In this document: positions 25,342-27,137 of the stretch, one piece after another
Numbering within the stretch: the first letter of the stretch is position 1
Layout: each line of letters starts with the position of its first letter
Source: Gemmatimonadales bacterium
GTDB lineage: Bacteria; Gemmatimonadota; Gemmatimonadetes; Gemmatimonadales; GWC2-71-9
Assembly: GCA_041577295.1 (NCBI GenBank)
Contig: JBFGJG010000053.1
Coordinates: 1 to 27,137, forward strand
Direction of reading: 5' to 3'
DNA length: 27,137 bases
Made by a program: the position numbers and the translations under genes
Notes under the pieces: generated by a model
What the model saw: the letters and a program-made list of their open reading frames with translations, nothing else
Told to the model about the DNA's origin: nothing
The model's database searches: none

Positions 25342-26458
25342 TTCTCGGGTGTGGATCCGGAGGTCGTGGGTAGTCGTCGCTGCAGCCTTCTATGCTTGTG
25401 GCGGTAGGGGAGTGGATAGGCCCCCCACCATCGAGGCCTACGGTCTCACGGTCGAGGGCGAACGGTTGGGCAACTCGCTCAACGTGCTGAATTATTCAGA
25501 TTACATCGCGCCGGCGCTGGTCGAGCGGTTTGAGCAGGAGTACCACGTCGATGTGATCGTGGACTTCTTCGACCACAATGACGCCATGATCGCCAAACTG
25601 CTCGCCGGTGGCATCGGCCAGTACGATGTGGTCATTGCGGCGGATTATGCCGTCCAGATTTTGGCAGGACGGCAACTGCTCCAGCCGCTGGATCATTCCA
25701 ACCTGCCCAATCTCGCCAACATCAACCCACGATTCCTCAATCTTCCCTTCGATCCGGGAAATACCTACTCCGCACCGTATCAGTGGGGGACCACGGGTTT
25801 GGGGATCCGCGTCGATCGGGTCGACACGACCCGGGCCCTCGACACCTGGGCGCTCGTATTCGATTCGGCGGCGAGCTTGGGGCCCTTCACCATGCTCGAC
25901 GAACCGCGAGAGACCATTGGAGCAGCCCTCAAATACCTGGGGCACTCAGTGAACTCGAGGGATCCCAAAGAGCTTGAGGCAGCGCAAAACCTCCTCACCC
26001 AGCAACGACGTCGTGTGCTTGCCTACGCGTCAGCCACCGGTGGGCGAGACCTTCTCGCATCGGCGGATGCAGTTGTGGTGCACGGTTACAATGGGGACAT
26101 CGTGCTTACGAAGGACGAGGTTCCCGACATCGTGTTCGTCGTACCGCGGGAGGGATCGATTGTGTGGACAGATAACATGACCGTTCCGGTGCGCGCGCCG
26201 AATCGGTACACGGCGGAAGTGTTCATCAACTTCGTGCTCGCGGCCGAGCATGGAGCCGCGCTCACCAACTACACGCGCTTTGCATCCCCGAACGCGGCAG
26301 CGCTGCCGCATATCGAGCCCGCTATCCGTCGCGACCCCGCGCTCTTTCCACCAGAAGAGGTGCTGGAACGGCTCGAGATTTTGGAGGAGTTGGGTGAAGC
26401 CAGAGCCCTGTACGACCGTGTGTGGACGCGCGTGGTGGCTGGCGGGCGCGGCAACTGA
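25334..26458 (+). CDS. potD: Polyamine ABC transporter substrate-binding lipoprotein
   Basis: Lipobox FYAC; 'NYSDYI', 'FDPGNTYSAPYQWGTTGL', 'ALKYLGHSVNS', 'PREGSIVWTDN', 'FINFV'. Confidence 0.9.
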   Translation: MRNSRVWIRRSWVVVAAAFYACGGRGVDRPPTIEAYGLTVEGERLGNSLNVLNYSDYIAPALVERFEQEYHVDVIVDFFDHNDAMIAKLLAGGIGQYDVVIAADYAVQILAGRQLLQPLDHSNLPNLANINPRFLNLPFDPGNTYSAPYQWGTTGLGIRVDRVDTTRALDTWALVFDSAASLGPFTMLDEPRETIGAALKYLGHSVNSRDPKELEAAQNLLTQQRRRVLAYASATGGRDLLASADAVVVHGYNGDIVLTKDEVPDIVFVVPREGSIVWTDNMTVPVRAPNRYTAEVFINFVLAAEHGAALTNYTRFASPNAAALPHIEPAIRRDPALFPPEEVLERLEILEELGEARALYDRVWTRVVAGGRGN

Positions 26459-26468
26459 CCACCCGACA

Positions 26469-27137
26469 TCACGTCGCGGTCTTCGCGCCCCTCTTGACCC
26501 TCGCTCCCCCGCAAGCCGTCCGCACGATGTCCGTGAGCAGCGCGATGAGCAGGGGGTCGTCGTTGGGCATGAGTGTCCGTGTGACGGTAGCGCCGAGCTC
26601 CCGTCCCATCTGCGCGGCATCGACATCGAGGTCGTAGAGCACTTCGAGATGATCCATCACGAACCCCACGGGCACGACCAGTATCGAGGGATGACCCGTT
26701 CCAATCAACTCAGCGAGAACGTGTCCCAATGCCGGGCCGAGCCACATGGTCTTTCCACCGCCGGCGCTCTGATAAGCCGTGTACCACACGGTAAGCCCAC
26801 AACGCTTGGCAAGCGCACCCGCCGTCGCCTCGAAATCCGTTGAGTAGGGGTCGGCGGGATCGAGCTCCTGCGCCGGCAGGCTGTGATTGGTAAACACGAC
26901 CGCCGGTGGTTCCGGGCTTCCGAGCAGCGCATCCTCCAGACGCCGCTGCCACAACGCCAGGAAGATCGGATGCAGATGCCAGTCGCCGGCGTAACACCAG
27001 TGGATCGGCTCGGCCAGGCGGGCGTTGGCCTCCTTGACGACTCGATGATACGCGCCGGTGGCCAGCTGTGATCGGAACGGCGACAGCGGGATCGCCACCG
27101 CGCGTTCGAATCCCTCCTCGGCGATGCGCGCGACCCG
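26469..27137 (-). CDS. hemH: Ferrochelatase, 3' part (5' end lies outside the window)
   Basis: 'FTNHSLP', 'AYQS', 'WLGP', 'PVGFVMDHLEVLYDLD', 'PNDDP'. The frame is open to the window edge. Confidence 0.92.
   Translation of the reverse strand, partial: RVARIAEEGFERAVAIPLSPFRSQLATGAYHRVVKEANARLAEPIHWCYAGDWHLHPIFLALWQRRLEDALLGSPEPPAVVFTNHSLPAQELDPADPYSTDFEATAGALAKRCGLTVWYTAYQSAGGGKTMWLGPALGHVLAELIGTGHPSILVVPVGFVMDHLEVLYDLDVDAAQMGRELGATVTRTLMPNDDPLLIALLTDIVRTACGGARVKRGAKTAT

Overview
GC-rich bacterial chromosomal window, about 64% GC by eye. The gene content suggests Gemmatimonadota, but that is an inference. It holds about 24 densely packed protein-coding genes, and I found no rRNA, tRNA, CRISPR array or mobile element. 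From left to right: the end of a LytTR regulator gene followed by LytTR-type direct repeats; an S41 peptidase, a secreted protein, a membrane protein and an ICMT-family methyltransferase; a secreted DUF4384-like protein with Tyr-rich repeats and an Arg-rich tail; a MauG/BthA-type di-heme lipoprotein downstream of a PAS kinase/NarL-type pair; a thioredoxin-like 2Fe-2S ferredoxin and a UPF0316 protein; tenA coupled to dinB; a molybdopterin oxidoreductase; a Met-zincin lipoprotein; a GT-C plus GT2 glycosyltransferase pair; a large fusion of a PqqD-like domain, a radical SAM domain, a degenerate SPASM domain and an ArsM-type methyltransferase; potABCD; and the 3' part of ferrochelatase. The best candidate for an undescribed system is the radical SAM-ArsM fusion with its neighbouring glycosyltransferases, a possible organoarsenical or arsenosugar pathway. 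The second is the Tyr-ligated di-heme enzyme, which has Met in place of the inter-heme Trp and sits beside a Tyr-repeat secreted protein. All family calls come from recognising motifs by eye; no database search was run.
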